From: Octopus sinensis | Lineage: Eukaryota | DNA length: 64,000 bases | NCBI RefSeq assembly: GCF_006345805.1 | Contig: NC_043006.1 | Location: 5,952,001 to 6,016,000, forward strand | Direction: 5' to 3' | In this document: positions 13,023 to 26,176 of the stretch, piece after piece | How the letters are laid out: every line of letters begins with the position of its first letter | Position numbering within the stretch: the first letter of the stretch is position 1 | Notes under the pieces: generated by a model | What the model was told of the DNA's origin: nothing | Databases searched by the model: none | Seen by the model: only the letters and a program-made list of their open reading frames with translations | Translations under genes and position numbers: made by a program

Positions 13023-13026
<4 letters not shown>
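11445..13026 (-). mobile_element. 5'-truncated Penelope-like element (GIY-YIG plus 3' pLTR-like region)
   Basis: ORF 12323-12784 has CGRPNCGICDYL..FTCASENLIYSLTCSGCQEQYIGQTKNGLRKRMALHRSQI (GIY-YIG). The upstream frame has NYPPSLIDKCIQRA..LPYISTHNP. A hammerhead-like motif lies at 11496-11533. The 3' boundary is approximate. Confidence 0.85.
11496..11533 (-). ncRNA. Minimal hammerhead-like motif with U3-A8 core
   Basis: CAG-TTGAAAA-GGTC(TCAAAAT)GACC-GAA-ACCGGT-A-CTG. Confidence 0.55.
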
Positions 13027-13077
<51 letters not shown>

Positions 13078-13089
13078 AGGCATGTATGT

Positions 13090-13310
13090 ATGTGTGCGCG
13101 TCTCTGTTTATGTTTGTCCCCACCACCGCTTCACAACCGGTGTTTGGTATGTTTACATCCACGTTACTTAGCAATTTGGCAATGAATGATTGACGAAATA
13201 AGTAACAGGCTTAAAAAAAAGTCCTGGAGGCAATCTGTTCGTCTAAGCCCGTCAAGGCGGTGCCCTAGCATAGCTTCACTCCAATGACTGATGCAAGCAA
13301 AGATCAGAAG
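13090..13310 (+). mobile_element. Degenerate 3' part of SINE family A
   Basis: TGTTTGTCCCCACCACCGCTT..TGTTTACATCCACGTTACTTAGC..GGCGGTGCCCTAGCATAGC resembles the family A tail. Confidence 0.6.
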
Positions 13311-13834
13311 ATTATTATTTATAGACCATAAGTTAATGTATGAATGTGGATCGTTGTCTGAAAATTTTGAGAGGAGCTTTATTAGAATCATCAACTTTAC
13401 ATCTAATGTGTAGCAAGTTAGAATAAGACCTGCCCCAACTAGTATAATGAGCTGGAAAATGTTTATTAATTTACAGCCTTAGTAATGAGAAATATTATCT
13501 AAATGACTAGTTCTGATTTTTTTAAATATGATGAGTTGGAAAGAAAACTCCGAAATGTTAATTAAATCAACTTAATTTAACAGTAAATGCAGTGAGGAGA
13601 GAATCTGATGTTAAACATATAGGGTCAACATCGGCAGAGTCTAACTGGTATTGCAGATCTCAGGATGGCTGGAGAAAGCTTATAGGATTCTGAAGAAGAG
13701 ACACAATGATGTCATACCAAATTCGGGTATTTGTGAGACATGCCATTTACTTGCATATCCCCTTAGCTTCTTTAAAGTATCTCCGTCCTACTACTACCAT
13801 CACTACCATGGGATGGATGGAAGCACTCCGTCGG

Positions 13835-14203
13835 TTACGACGATGAGGGTTCCGGTTGATCCGAATCAACGGAACAGCCTGCTCGTGAAATTAACGTGTA
13901 AGTGGCTGAGCACTCCACAGACACGTGTACCCTTAACGTAGTTCTCGGGGATATTCAGCGTGACACAGAGAGTGACAAGACCGGCCCCTTGAAATACAGG
14001 TACAACAGAAACAGGAAGTAAGAGTGAGAGAAAGTTGTGGTGAAAGAGTACAGCAGGGATCACCACCATCCCCTGCTGGAGCCTCGTGGAGCTTTTAGGT
14101 GTTTTCACTCAATAAACACTCACAACGCCCGGTCTGGGAATCGAAACCGCGATCCTACGACCGCGAGTCCGCTGCCCTAACCACTGGGCCATTGCGCCTC
14201 CAC
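13835..14203 (-). mobile_element. SINE family C, tail type 2
   Basis: Head and core match 11107-11410 for ~180 bp, then diverge into a different tail (…CACGTTAATTTCACGAGCAGGCTGTTCCGTTGATTCGGATCAACCGGAACCC). Confidence 0.8.
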
Positions 14204-14317
14204 CATCACTACCATAATGTTAGATTAATTAAATTCGTTGTTTGACAGAGAAACAGTGTTTATTAACAAATATTTATGCCAGTTTAGAGTTTCTCTCTCT
14301 TTTACTCTTGCTCTCGC

Positions 14318-14607
14318 TTTTACTTGTTTCAGTCATTTGTCTACGGCCATGCCGGAGCACCGCCTTTAGTCGAGCAAATCGACCCCAGGACTTATTCTTT
14401 GCAAGCCTAGTACTTATTCTATCTTTCTCTTTTGCCGAACCGCTAAGTTACGGGGACGTAAACACACCACCATCGGTTGTCAAGCGATGTTGGGGGGGAC
14501 AAACACAGACAAACAAACAAATACACACACACACATACATACATACATACATACATACATACATACATACATACGTACGTACATACATACATACATACAT
14601 ACATACA

Positions 14608-14639
<32 letters not shown>

Positions 14640-14645
14640 CATACA

Positions 14646-14683
<38 letters not shown>

Positions 14684-14836
14684 CGACAGGCTTCTTTCAG
14701 TTTCTGTCTACCAAATCCACTCACAAGGCCCGAGGCTATAGTAGAAGACACTTGCCCAAGATGCCCCGCAGAGGGAATGAACCCGGAACCATGTGGCTGG
14801 TAAGCAAGCTACTTACCACACAACCACTCCTGCGCC
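14318..14836 (-). mobile_element. SINE family A
   Basis: Full head, core and tail, with an internal (CATA)n/(TA)n block. Confidence 0.85.
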
Positions 14837-15112
14837 TAGGTATTAGGTATTAATTAGGTATTAACAAAATTGACCTCAAAGAATCTGCATCAAGGCTACT
14901 AAATAACTGAATGAGCAAGTAGTGGCACTGAGTATGTAATACCAAATATTAGCTTTTTGTTTCTGGAAATCTTTATAGGCAGTGAATAGGGCATAACACA
15001 TCTCTTTACAAAACAGATGTACAGAACAGTTAGAGCTGAGCAATCCAAGCCCTTGAAACGCTCATCAAATATACTGCGCCCCACAATTTTCAGCAGTAAC
15101 TTTATCCTCTTA

Positions 15113-15482
15113 CTAGCAGTATCGACCGGCGTTGCTCGGGTTTGTTTCGATCCTTTAGAATTGGAATTTTTGAAAAGTAAAAATTTTGCATTATGTAGCT
15201 TGTTATTCTTTTTAAGTGAACATTTTTCTGGCTGAAATACACCAAAAAATGGCGACACAGTAGTCAAAAAATCGTAAGGACCTTTTTGATGTGAATAATT
15301 TTTGGTGTTAACATGGTCGGATTTGAATTTTATCTTCTACGGAAAGAAGAGCAAGCCTTCTTCTATCATACTCTTAATTTTGGTCAACTTGCGCCGCAGG
15401 GTCTCGGAGGAGATAGAGTTAGTTGAAGGCTACCGAACGTGCCACACACACACAGACAACTTCAGCTTTATATAGAGAGAGA
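15113..15482 (-). mobile_element. Non-autonomous Helitron-type element
   Basis: Same 3' hairpin plus CTAG terminus as 10118-10593, A^TC 5' end, and an interior shared with 19645-20039. Confidence 0.8.
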
Positions 15483-16014
15483 TTACGTTGTGTTTACAGT
15501 CATGTGTACCAAACTACTGGTTGGTGAACTGCCTTAACCACGTACATGCTGCAGCATTTGTAGTAATACTTAAGCCATAAACCATTCGATCGGCAATCAC
15601 ACATCCTATATGGCTGCCATTACTAAACTACAGATATCCTTCAATGATCTTTTAAGTCGCTCCTTTCCTCATCAGAAACGTCTTCTCCTATGACACAATC
15701 AAACGGTTTTTGCTCATACACCTTCTACGTTGGTATTGTTTTCGTCATCGTCGTCGTCGTTGCTGTTGTTAATGTGGTTTAACTCTTGATCAGCTCTATG
15801 ATGAAATGGATTCCAGCCGTGACCATCTTACCTTTTATTTTTGAAATAGTACATACATAACTACATTACTCAATATGTTCTCTTCTTTTTAAGATGGTAG
15901 AGTGCGGTTTGAAGGAAATCTGCCTGCTATCTTAAGCAGCTCCGACAACCATATAGGGACTCACTATATGGTCCCCCGTTTCCTCATTGTTTATCGTTGC
16001 ATTATTAGATATAA

Positions 16015-16060
16015 TTTGTGTGTGTGTGTGTGTATTCTTATATGCATGTATATATTTGTG

Positions 16061-16136
<76 letters not shown>

Positions 16137-16151
16137 CATACATATACATAC

Positions 16152-16207
<56 letters not shown>

Positions 16208-16400
16208 GTGTGTGTATATATATGCGTATGTTTGTATATATGTATATATGATATGTATATCATTTGTATGTGTGTATGTATATAGATATATATATATATA
16301 TATAATATATATAATTTCATGTATCTATATACATACATATATGTGTGGTGTATGTATGTGTGTATGTATGTATGTATGTATGTATGTATGTATGTATGTC
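16015..16400. repeat. Compound (TA)n/(CA)n/(TATG)n microsatellite
   Basis: Direct reading. Confidence 0.95.
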
Positions 16401-17964
16401 CAGCCGGATCTCGTGCAGATATATATCTATGCAATACCTCAGAAATATCGCAGCCTTGCAGCTGGCATTGTAGGATATAGCTGATATGCGATTATATTGG
16501 GGATATGTGATAATCTATCCTGGTATTATTGGTGTCAAGGGTGTAAATAATAGAACATTAGCTTGACCACATTGGTATCAGTAGATAAAATAAGAAGTTC
16601 CATACTCGACATTAATTTCATTTGATATCGCACGGGTATTATATATTCTATATTGATATCAATATAAATAATATTTGGATGTCCTATATTATTTTTATTG
16701 CTATATCATTTTTATTGCCTACATTATTTTTGCAGGGAAGATAGTAAATATCAAAAATTTTATGTTGATTTCAACGGTTATAATAATAGAGTATTAAATA
16801 CTCTACATTAAGAGTATTAAACTGTTTACATTATTGTCATCACGTGTACAAACACTATCTTATCTTAGTGTCAATAGAGGTAACAGAGAGACATTGGATA
16901 TTCTATATTAATGTCAGACAGTGTGATACTAATATTGTGTTGACGTAATGCAGGTATCTAATACAGATACTCATCAGTGATTATATAAACATTTAAAAAG
17001 AAAAGCAGGTATCTTCCACTCTGAATCAGAAATATTTTAATAGATTTGCAAAGAATATTTTTATCTACAAAACATTTTTCTTCTTTGTTTTCTTCCTTTA
17101 AAGGTTCTGCTTATTATTTTTTTCTTCATTCCTTTCATTCTTATTTTTTGTCGATGCTTCTTTCTTCTTTATTCTGCTCCCTTCTTTTTCTTTTCTTTTC
17201 TTTTTTCCTAATATCCTTCCAGTTGTTACTTATTCTGTTGCTTGTTAATGATCTGGTTATGAGCTGTCGTTCATAAATATACACAAATTATTCATCTAAT
17301 CCAGCACAATATAGTGCTCTAATCCAGTAAAATCCAGATTAAATGATTGACGTACAGATTACATTGACGTCACAATCTAGTTGACTGCCAAAACAAAACC
17401 GAACCATTAATAGGTCAATAACAGTAATCACTTAAACAAAAGTGCTGTTGGAGCTAAACGCATTGAAATGCCGAGTGCTTCTCATATTGCTGTTTAATAT
17501 AAAGATTAACTCAAATAATCCATAGTGAAAAGAAAGCTTTATAAAACCAGACGATAAAGAACAAACAACTCTTCCAATTGCATTTGCATTTGCTAACCGC
17601 TATTTATCACCCTGTGGCGAGTTAGTTTTAGTAATAAGTATATTCTACTAGGCATGCAAGCCTGTGATTTATTTTATATTCATTTCTATGAATATTTATA
17701 AAGCTTAAGCTTCATAAGGTTGACTGAAATGACTAAACGAAGATTAATCATAGATCGCTGATATTCATAACAGCTTGAAAAAAGTGATGTTGAATTGTAT
17801 GAAACTTTAATCGAAATCGTAGATGAGTGAGTTTTAAGTACAACATTTGACCGAAGGTTCCGCCATTTCTGATGGTTCACTGTCCAACTATTTTGATTTG
17901 ATGACTTCTTGAGGATTCCTTTAAACTATTACAAGAAGTTTAACCTTTGTTCCATGGTGATAAC

Positions 17965-18200
17965 GGTGAGGTATCAGTCGAGGAAACTGTGAGATATCAG
18001 TAGAGGAAACTGTGAGATATTAGTTGTGGGAACAGTAATATTTGTAGGGGGTAACTCTGAGATATCAGTTGTAAGAACAGTGTGATATCACTAGTGAGAA
18101 TAGTATGGATATATCAGTTGCGGGAACAATGAAATATCTGAAGTGGTAAGAGCGAGATATCAGCAATTTTACATTGGTGACATCAGGTGTAAGAACAATG
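17965..18200. repeat. Degenerate ~23 bp minisatellite (GTGAGATATCAGTAGAGGAAACT)
   Basis: About 9-10 progressively diverging units. Confidence 0.7.
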
Positions 18201-18597
18201 CTATGTATGTAATCCTCTATCAGAGCTGAATATCAATGTGATAATAGATTTTCTTCATTAGTATCATCGTGTCAACTAAAACGATATCAAATATCCTGTA
18301 TTGATATGTGTGTGTGTTAATGTGTGGCAGACACTTTTCAGTGACTGCATAACATTTAAGGAAAAAAAAAGATAATATATTCTACAAGTTGTTAGGAATC
18401 AAATATTTCAGTAAGATTTACAGAAAAGTGTATTGTAAGTTGCTTGAAGTATTGTCATGTGTACGTACAAGAAATGTCTTTAAAATAACATTTGAGCAAC
18501 GCAGGTTAAAAGTCAGAAAAAATATGTAAGGTGATGTAAATATAAACAAAAAGAAAAGATATTGTATTACCTTACATAGATTAATAATGATAAATGC

Positions 18598-18845
18598 GCC
18601 CTTTTAAAGCCTAGCCAGGCTCATGGGCTCGGTTTCCCGGTTTCAATGGTGTATGTGTTCCCCCCAGCTGGACGGGTCGCCAGTCCATCGCAGCGTTACT
18701 CATTTTTGCCAGCTGAGTGGACAGGAGCAACGTGAAATGAAGTGTTTTGCTCAAGAACACAACGCATCGCCCGGTTCAGGAATCGAAACCACAATCTTAC
18801 GATCATGATACTGATACCCTGACCCCTAAGCCACGCGCCTCCACC
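18598..18845 (-). mobile_element. tRNA-derived SINE, family-C-like head with a Meta-domain-like body
   Basis: Head GTGGAGGCGCGTGGCTTAG..GGTTTCGATTCC, then GTGTTCTTGAGCAAAACACTT..GCGATGGACTGGCGACCCGTCCAG..GAAACCGGGA. The domain name is from memory and unverified. Confidence 0.65.
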
Positions 18846-18918
18846 TTACATAGATTAATGATCCTATAACATTCCGGGAAAGATTATTTTTTAAATATAA
18901 AAAAGACAAATGTATATT

Positions 18919-19031
<113 letters not shown>

Positions 19032-19644
19032 GTGTGTGTGTTTGTAATATAAAAACTTATTGTGTAGTAAACCTTAGTTTCATCCTTGATATAAAATACA
19101 TCAACAGATTTCTCACCATATAGCAAACTATTCAGAGGATATCTGACTTCTGTACCTACACAGCTCTTTACAGGCCAATAATAATTTTTATTAATTTCTT
19201 CAGCTTTAAAAACAGTCAAGATAAAAAAAATGTCTCTGTTCTTTTTCGTTTGGCATTCAAATACAATTAGCATTATCTTCACTAAATCTTATTCTTTCTC
19301 TTGTTCAATGAAAACATATGAAACGTTATGATGTATCTTAAATACATTAGCACACCTGTAAAAGGAAAGGTTGTCAACCGAGAATTTTAAATTGTTTGTA
19401 GTTAACCATTGTACTGAAGTTAATGTCTTCTTACGGACACGTTCAATGCTTTGACAATAAGAGTCACCGGGATTAAATCAATTCTGAGTATAACTGATAC
19501 GTATTGGTACCTGTTTTATCGTCCTTGGATGAATTAAAGATAAAGACAACTTGGCGGTTCGCTATTTTTAACGAATAATGTTATTTAGTATTTTACGATT
19601 GTTTTACCCAATGGAAATGGAAGACGACTAATTATATTTATAAA

Positions 19645-20039
19645 CTATCAGTATCGCCCGGCGTTGCTCGGGTTTGTTTCGACCCTTTAGAATTGGAATT
19701 TTGGAAAAGTAAAACATTTGCATCATGTAGCTTGTTATTCTCTTTAAGTGAACATTTTTCTAGTTGAAATACACCGAAAAATAGCGACACAGCAGTCAAA
19801 AAATAGTAAAAAATAGGGATTTTCATGGAAAAAGAAGCACCTTTTTGATGTAAATAACTTTTGGTGTTAACATGGTCCGATTTGAATTTTTTCTTCTAGA
19901 GAAGGAAGAGCAAGCCTTCTTCTATCATACTCTCAATTTTGGTCAACTTGCGCCGCAGGGTCTCGGTGGAGATAGTGTTAGTTGAAGGCTACCAAACCTG
20001 CCACACACACACACAACTTCAGCTTTATATATAGAGAGA
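19645..20039 (-). mobile_element. Non-autonomous Helitron-type element
   Basis: Paralogue of 15113-15482. One substitution in the CTAG terminus. Confidence 0.8.
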
Positions 20040-20099
20040 TTTATTGCTGATTTACAATGAGATCGAATACCTAAAATTTCAATTAAAATTACGAGAGTA

Positions 20100-20372
20100 T
20101 CTTTCACCTGCTTGCTGCTTCGTGCTCTTGCTTGATGGAGCTGGGTCATCCCAGAGACGTCTTCATGCTTAGAGTCCCAGTGCTCTCCATCGCTGACGGT
20201 CCCGTGCCAGTCCCTCTACATCTTCCAAGGTGACGTCGAGCCTCTGGAGATCTTTAATCACGTCCAACCATTTGGTGCGGAGCCTGCTACAAGGCCTCTT
20301 CCAGCCGCAGCTATTGCGTCGAATAAGAGTAAAGCTCTGGCAGGATGATCAGGCCGGAGACCTTTGGCTCAT
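20100..20372 (-). mobile_element. 3' end of an RTE-clade LINE
   Basis: Translation PDHPARALLLFD..WKRPCSRLRTKWLDVIKDLQRL..LARDRQRWRAL* matches the RTE ORF C-terminal pattern (frameshifted). Confidence 0.7.
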
Positions 20373-21049
20373 ATATAACAAAAAAACATGAAAATCACAT
20401 TCCCACACGATAGAATACCTGATCGCTTGATCGCTACTCATGATTTGTTGTATATATATGGAAAACTTCAGGTGAACAAAGAGAAAGAGTGAACTGTACT
20501 GAAGGTTGCACGTCACATTCCTTCAAGAATACCAAGACGGGAACTGTTTCTCTGGAAGATAACCTGCTGTTCTTTTTCTTACTGTTTAGTCCCTGTCATC
20601 TCCAAATTGGAAGGTCTCTAGCCTTACCGTCACTTCTTTGCCATTCGTATCTAGGACTAGCTCACTTCTCAAGACTGTAAGCTGTAATTTTGCTGCTATT
20701 TCTTGCAAGTTTTGAGACCAAGTAGAAGCTGGGACTTTCTTAATAAACGTAATCTGTACAATGCAACAATCTGACGAAAAACAGGGCGTTCAATCTACGA
20801 GGACAGGGAAACGTTCTATTCACCTGTTTAATGAAACATAAGTGGGTGCGGCAGAATTAATACGAATTGGTGTAAAGAGAAGAGCGTATAGCGAAAGGGA
20901 AGGGTTTGGGTTGTTTAGGGTATTCTGATCGCTTTTGAGTGGTTATTTCTTGACCATGGGCATCTCTGTTATACGTTTGTAAATATCTACATATTCTATA
21001 TAGTATATTTAAACGTTGTGTGCATTTATGCAAATATAAATAAATGTGG

Positions 21050-21130
<81 letters not shown>

Positions 21131-21561
21131 AATAAAATAAACATATGCGTATATATAAACATATATGTACGTACCTACCTCTACATGTACATATACACGC
21201 AATATGTGTACAGGACCCAAAAAGACGTCGAACACATAGAGAGACGAAAAACATAGACACAACCAAGAAACAGGACAAGCAAAAAAAAGGATACAAGACA
21301 ATTAGCACAACGAAAAATCCCCTTCTTCAGTCGCTAAGGTTTCATCTACTCTACGTTTCGAAGGATAAAAGCGAGACGTATCTTCGAAGAAACTTCCTTC
21401 CTGCGAAAAGCAAATCAATTAAAATTCTGAGATCTTTTCGCAGAGGGGTAAAAAATGGTAAAAAAAAAAGCAAGACGGTAACGACAGTACAAACATATAA
21501 ACAGTAAAAAAATATATATAACCAGTGGAAAAATAAATATATAACAGTGAGAGACAGGACA

Positions 21562-21600
<39 letters not shown>

Positions 21601-21670
21601 CATATATACTTGTTCCATGTCCTCACGTTATTGTGTTTTCTCTTTGTGTTTTCATGTTTGGATTAACTAT

Positions 21671-21714
<44 letters not shown>

Positions 21715-21792
21715 GCAGGCAGACAGACAGACAGACAGACAGATAGATAGATGGATAGATGGATAGATGGATAGATAGATAGATAGATAAGC

Positions 21793-24310
21793 ATGATGAA
21801 TATAAGAGGCCTGTTGCAGAACAACAGCAAAGGCAAAATTGAGCACCTGAAGAATCCTTCTGCGTGTAATCATGCTATATGCATTGCACTTAGAGAAACA
21901 CATCAATCTGCAGACATAAGCGATGCGGAGATACCAATGTGTGCTATCTTCCGTACAGACAGAAGAACAAGAAGTCACGGTGGAGTGGCAATGTACATCC
22001 GTGAAGATGTGACACTCGGTGTGTGACACACTCATACTACATCTAAAGCAACTTGATATAGTGATGTGTACCCTATATCGCCCACCTGATGCCTCAAATC
22101 ATGATTGAAAATTTAAGGAATGCCTCAGTGCAATAAATGAAGTACTAATAGAATTGGATCAACGTACTACTATATTCCTGATGGGTGACTTCAACTTCTC
22201 CAGCATCAGGTGGTCTGAGGGCAATATAACCCCAGGAATGGCGCACAAAGAGCGAAATCAAGCAGAATCTCTACTTGATCTTACGAAAATGCTATTCATA
22301 GAGCAGGTCATACTCTCTCCAGCCAAGCACAAAAATATTCTGGACCTTTGTTTTACAAACAATAAGGAAATTATCCACAACGTAAATATACCACCGACAA
22401 TATTCTCAGACAATAACATGATAGAACTCATAGTGTATGACCCGGAATTAACTAAAGATAAACTCCTCACAGATGGCGCTCAAACTCTATCCAGCCTAAA
22501 TTTCTATAAGGCTGGCTGGAAGTCACTTGAATAACAGATACTCCAGCAAGACTGGCCTAAAAGCCTCTCTATGCAAGACAGAGATATGAAACTCAATAAA
22601 TTCGTGTCAATAATGCGAGCCATATGCATTAAATATGTCCCAAAGAAGGGAGCCAATACACACAAAAACATCATTCTCCGAGACAGAGAATACTCACACG
22701 GCGGAGAATAAAGATCTCGAATCGTTTAAACAAACACTTTAATGATAGTTTGAAATCCCACCTGACAGAGGAACTCTTCGAGATAGAAAATAAGCTCAAA
22801 ATCTCCCATGAAAAAGAAACAGAAGAAAGAGAAACCTGGGCAGTCGAAAATATAAAAAGAAATCGTAAAACCTTCTACACGTTGGCAAATGAGTCTGCCT
22901 CAGTACGCTATAAGGCAGGACCACTATTTGGTAAAAACGGCTCGCTAACTGCAGACCTGGAGAAGATAAGTGAAGCACTACATAAACAATTCCGAAGTGT
23001 TTTCACTTCTCCACTGGAAAATATGCAAATAAACAAGCCGAAAGAGATTTTCAATGTAATGAATCTATTCGGAAAAGAGGCAACCATCGATTACATCAAA
23101 ATAACAGAAGAGGATGCAATATCGACGATGGATGAGATGAGATCAAACTTATCAACAGGCCTAGATGGACTCCCAGCTGTTCTCTTAAAAGGGCTCTTGC
23201 AAAGCCACTGCAGATACTCTTTCAGAGTTTCTTTGCATGCGGTAAACTTCCCAACATGCTAAAAGAGGGTATAATATGCCCCGTCCATAAAGGAGGGAGC
23301 AGAGCAGTCGCTAAAAACTACAGGCCCATCTCTCTGACCTCACATGTTAGCAAGACAATGGAACATTTTACCAGAAAAAGGCTGATCACTTTCCTAGAAG
23401 AAAACAACCTTCTCACAAATACGCAACATGGCTTCCGTCCAGCTAACAAAAACAACATGCAGTTCAATGCTATGAAATTTCAGGCACTCTACTATCGGTC
23501 CAACACCAGGTTAACATCAGAATGCACTAGACCAGAAGGTAATATGATCCCAGAGTCAGAGTTGGTGCGTGACCTGTGGCTTCGCATGAGCAATGATGCA
23601 ACATTCCATGTGCATATTACCAAGATGGCAACACTGTTCAGGCGAATGGCCGAATGGATTCTGAGGACATTCAGAACCAGGAATAGGGAAGCACTGTTAC
23701 TCATATGGAAGACTTTCGTTCCCAGCCGCTTGGGTTACTGCTCCCAACTATGGTCCACAGAGAGTGTAAAACAAACTGTGGAACTCGAAGCAATCTAGCG
23801 CCAATACACAAAGAAAATTGATTATTTGCAAAATATGGGCTACTGGGAGAGATTAAAGGAGCTAAGTCTCTATTCCCTGGAGAGAAGATGAGAGAGATAT
23901 GCGGTGATATATATTTCGAAGATCTTGGATGGTTTAGCTTCTAATTTTGGAATTGACAGCTATACCAATCCTCGAACTGGACGGCACTGCATCATACCAA
24001 AGCACCCGTCTTCCCCATCTAAAATAAGGACACAGTACTGTAATAATCTGGGTTTCAAGGGTCCCAAATGTTCAACATCCTTCCAGGCAACCTAAGAGAT
24101 CTACATGGTGTTGCTGTGGAAGTTTTCAGGGAACGACAGGTTTCTGAGATACCAGATGAACCCACATCGCGGCAGGAGACAAAAGAAGAGCAGCTCCGTC
24201 CAACTCGCTACTTCACCAAAAACAATATCGAAAACAACACCGAGTAACTACAGGTGGTGCACCAGTATGATCTAAGCCGTGGGCTGAAACCAGTAAAAGA
24301 TAAAAGATAT
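21793..24310 (+). mobile_element. Decayed CR1/L2-type LINE ORF2 with internal deletion of the RT core
   Basis: APE motifs (MNIRGL, ETH, RTDR..GGVAMYI, MGDFN, NILDLCFTN), RT start (PVHKGG..KNYRPISLTSHVSKTME, QHGFR) and a C-terminal region (VRDL, YCSQLWS). Many stops and frameshifts. 3' AAAAGAT repeats. Confidence 0.85.
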
Positions 24311-24526
24311 GTATATATGAATGTATGTATGCATGTATATATATATATATATTTATACATATGAAAGTATGTATGTATATACATATACATATATATATAA
24401 TATAATTTCAACAATTGAGGGTAAAATTAATTAATTATTAATCAATTTCACCAAGTATTCAGTATGTAAAGGGACCATTTAAGGCGAATTCAAAATATTA
24501 CAAATTCATATATATATATAATATAG

Positions 24527-24609
<83 letters not shown>

Positions 24610-24616
24610 CTATATA

Positions 24617-24687
<71 letters not shown>

Positions 24688-24804
24688 ATATATATATATA
24701 TGTTTATACATATATATAGAGAGAGAATAGAGACAGGCAAAGAGCCGAAACAAAGAGAAAGATACATAACACACACACACACCACACACACACACAACAC
24801 ACAC

Positions 24805-24888
<84 letters not shown>

Positions 24889-25350
24889 TTAATAGAGAAG
24901 TTATAAAGGAGCTACTTCAAGTTTCATGGTCGGGCGGCGCTTTGTTCTGATGCGCGCGCTTGTATAACTGCGTCCGAACACTGCAGCATCTGATCTTGAA
25001 ATTTGAAGTATATTACGTGTAGCGAAGTGTATTCATTAACTTATATTTCCCTCTCGCTGACTCCAATGCTCTTTCTTTTTCTTGGCTGATTCTATCAGTC
25101 CTGTCAACATGAAAACAGTATGCAATACACACGCACGCACTACACACATACACACACACACACACACATACACACACACATACACACACACATACATACA
25201 CATACATACACACACATCTATACGTACATGCATATGCACATTAATATATACATACATTCATACATACAGCCATACATATATATATATAGACATGTGTATA
25301 TAATAGATGGATAAATGGACAGGTTTAAACATATATACAAACATATACGT

Positions 25351-25400
<50 letters not shown>

Positions 25401-25424
25401 TGTATATACATGTATGTGTGTCCT

Positions 25425-25495
<71 letters not shown>

Positions 25496-25506
25496 ACGTG
25501 CATGTG

Positions 25507-25551
<45 letters not shown>

Positions 25552-25710
25552 AGAGAGGTTATGGGGGTAATAGTGTCAGCAAAACCCAAAGGGGTCAGGT
25601 AATGCTGAGTAAGTGCTATGGATAGACTATAGTTAAGCTCCAGGTTCGGTGATTTTGCGAATAAGGAGTCCAATGTAGGTCATATATCAGCGTGTGTATA
25701 TATAAAAATC

Positions 25711-26050
25711 TTTTGTTTCAGAATGAGATAAAAAAACCAAGGCTGTGAAGATTTTAGAACATTTATATATAGAAGGTCTTACAGCTGTTTCCAGGATATT
25801 TATTATATCCCTTCATCGGAAACGGTGTGAGAAAATGGTTAAGCAATAGTTAATTTAGATAAGATACGAAAGAGAGAGTGAAGTGGAGAAATGAATATAG
25901 ATGTGAGATTGCTTAACCATCTTCTCACACCGTCTCCGATGAAGGGATATAATAAATATCCTGGAAACAGCTGTAAGACCTCCTATTTATAAATGTTCTA
26001 AATGTTTTAAAATTTTCACGGCCATGGTTTTTTTTATCTCATTCTGAAAA
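25711..26050. repeat. Inverted repeat (~140 bp arms, ~60 bp spacer), each arm carrying a hammerhead-like motif
   Basis: Arms 25711-25847 and 25908-26050 are reverse complements. Motifs at 25776-25823 (-) and 25932-25979 (+). Confidence 0.9.
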
Positions 26051-26176
26051 AAAAATTATATATATTAAAGTCAAATGAGGGTGAAAAATTGGATATTAAT
26101 TTGATAACATCAATTTTAACACCAGTTGTCTAGGATATTAAAAAAAAACTGAGATTCAGTAAATAGTATTTCATAC

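Noticed and set aside
16950-16985. CTGATGA plus a perfect 6 bp hairpin (GTATCT/AGATAC), minus strand
   Set aside because: No GAAA or stem III after the hairpin.
17365-17372. Perfect CRE palindrome TGACGTCA
   Set aside because: About one 8-mer match is expected by chance in 64 kb, and there is no supporting context.
17774-17826. Possible 53 nt plus-strand exon (LEKSDVELYETLIEIVD) with GTGAGT donor
   Set aside because: Weak acceptor and no recognisable homology.
17965-18200. CRISPR-like spacing of short repeats
   Set aside because: Eukaryotic context, degenerate contiguous units, no unique spacers and no cas genes.
21320-21400. GAAACGTA and CTGAAGA motifs on the minus strand
   Set aside because: They could not be assembled into a three-way junction with paired stems. 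Probably a pLTR remnant.
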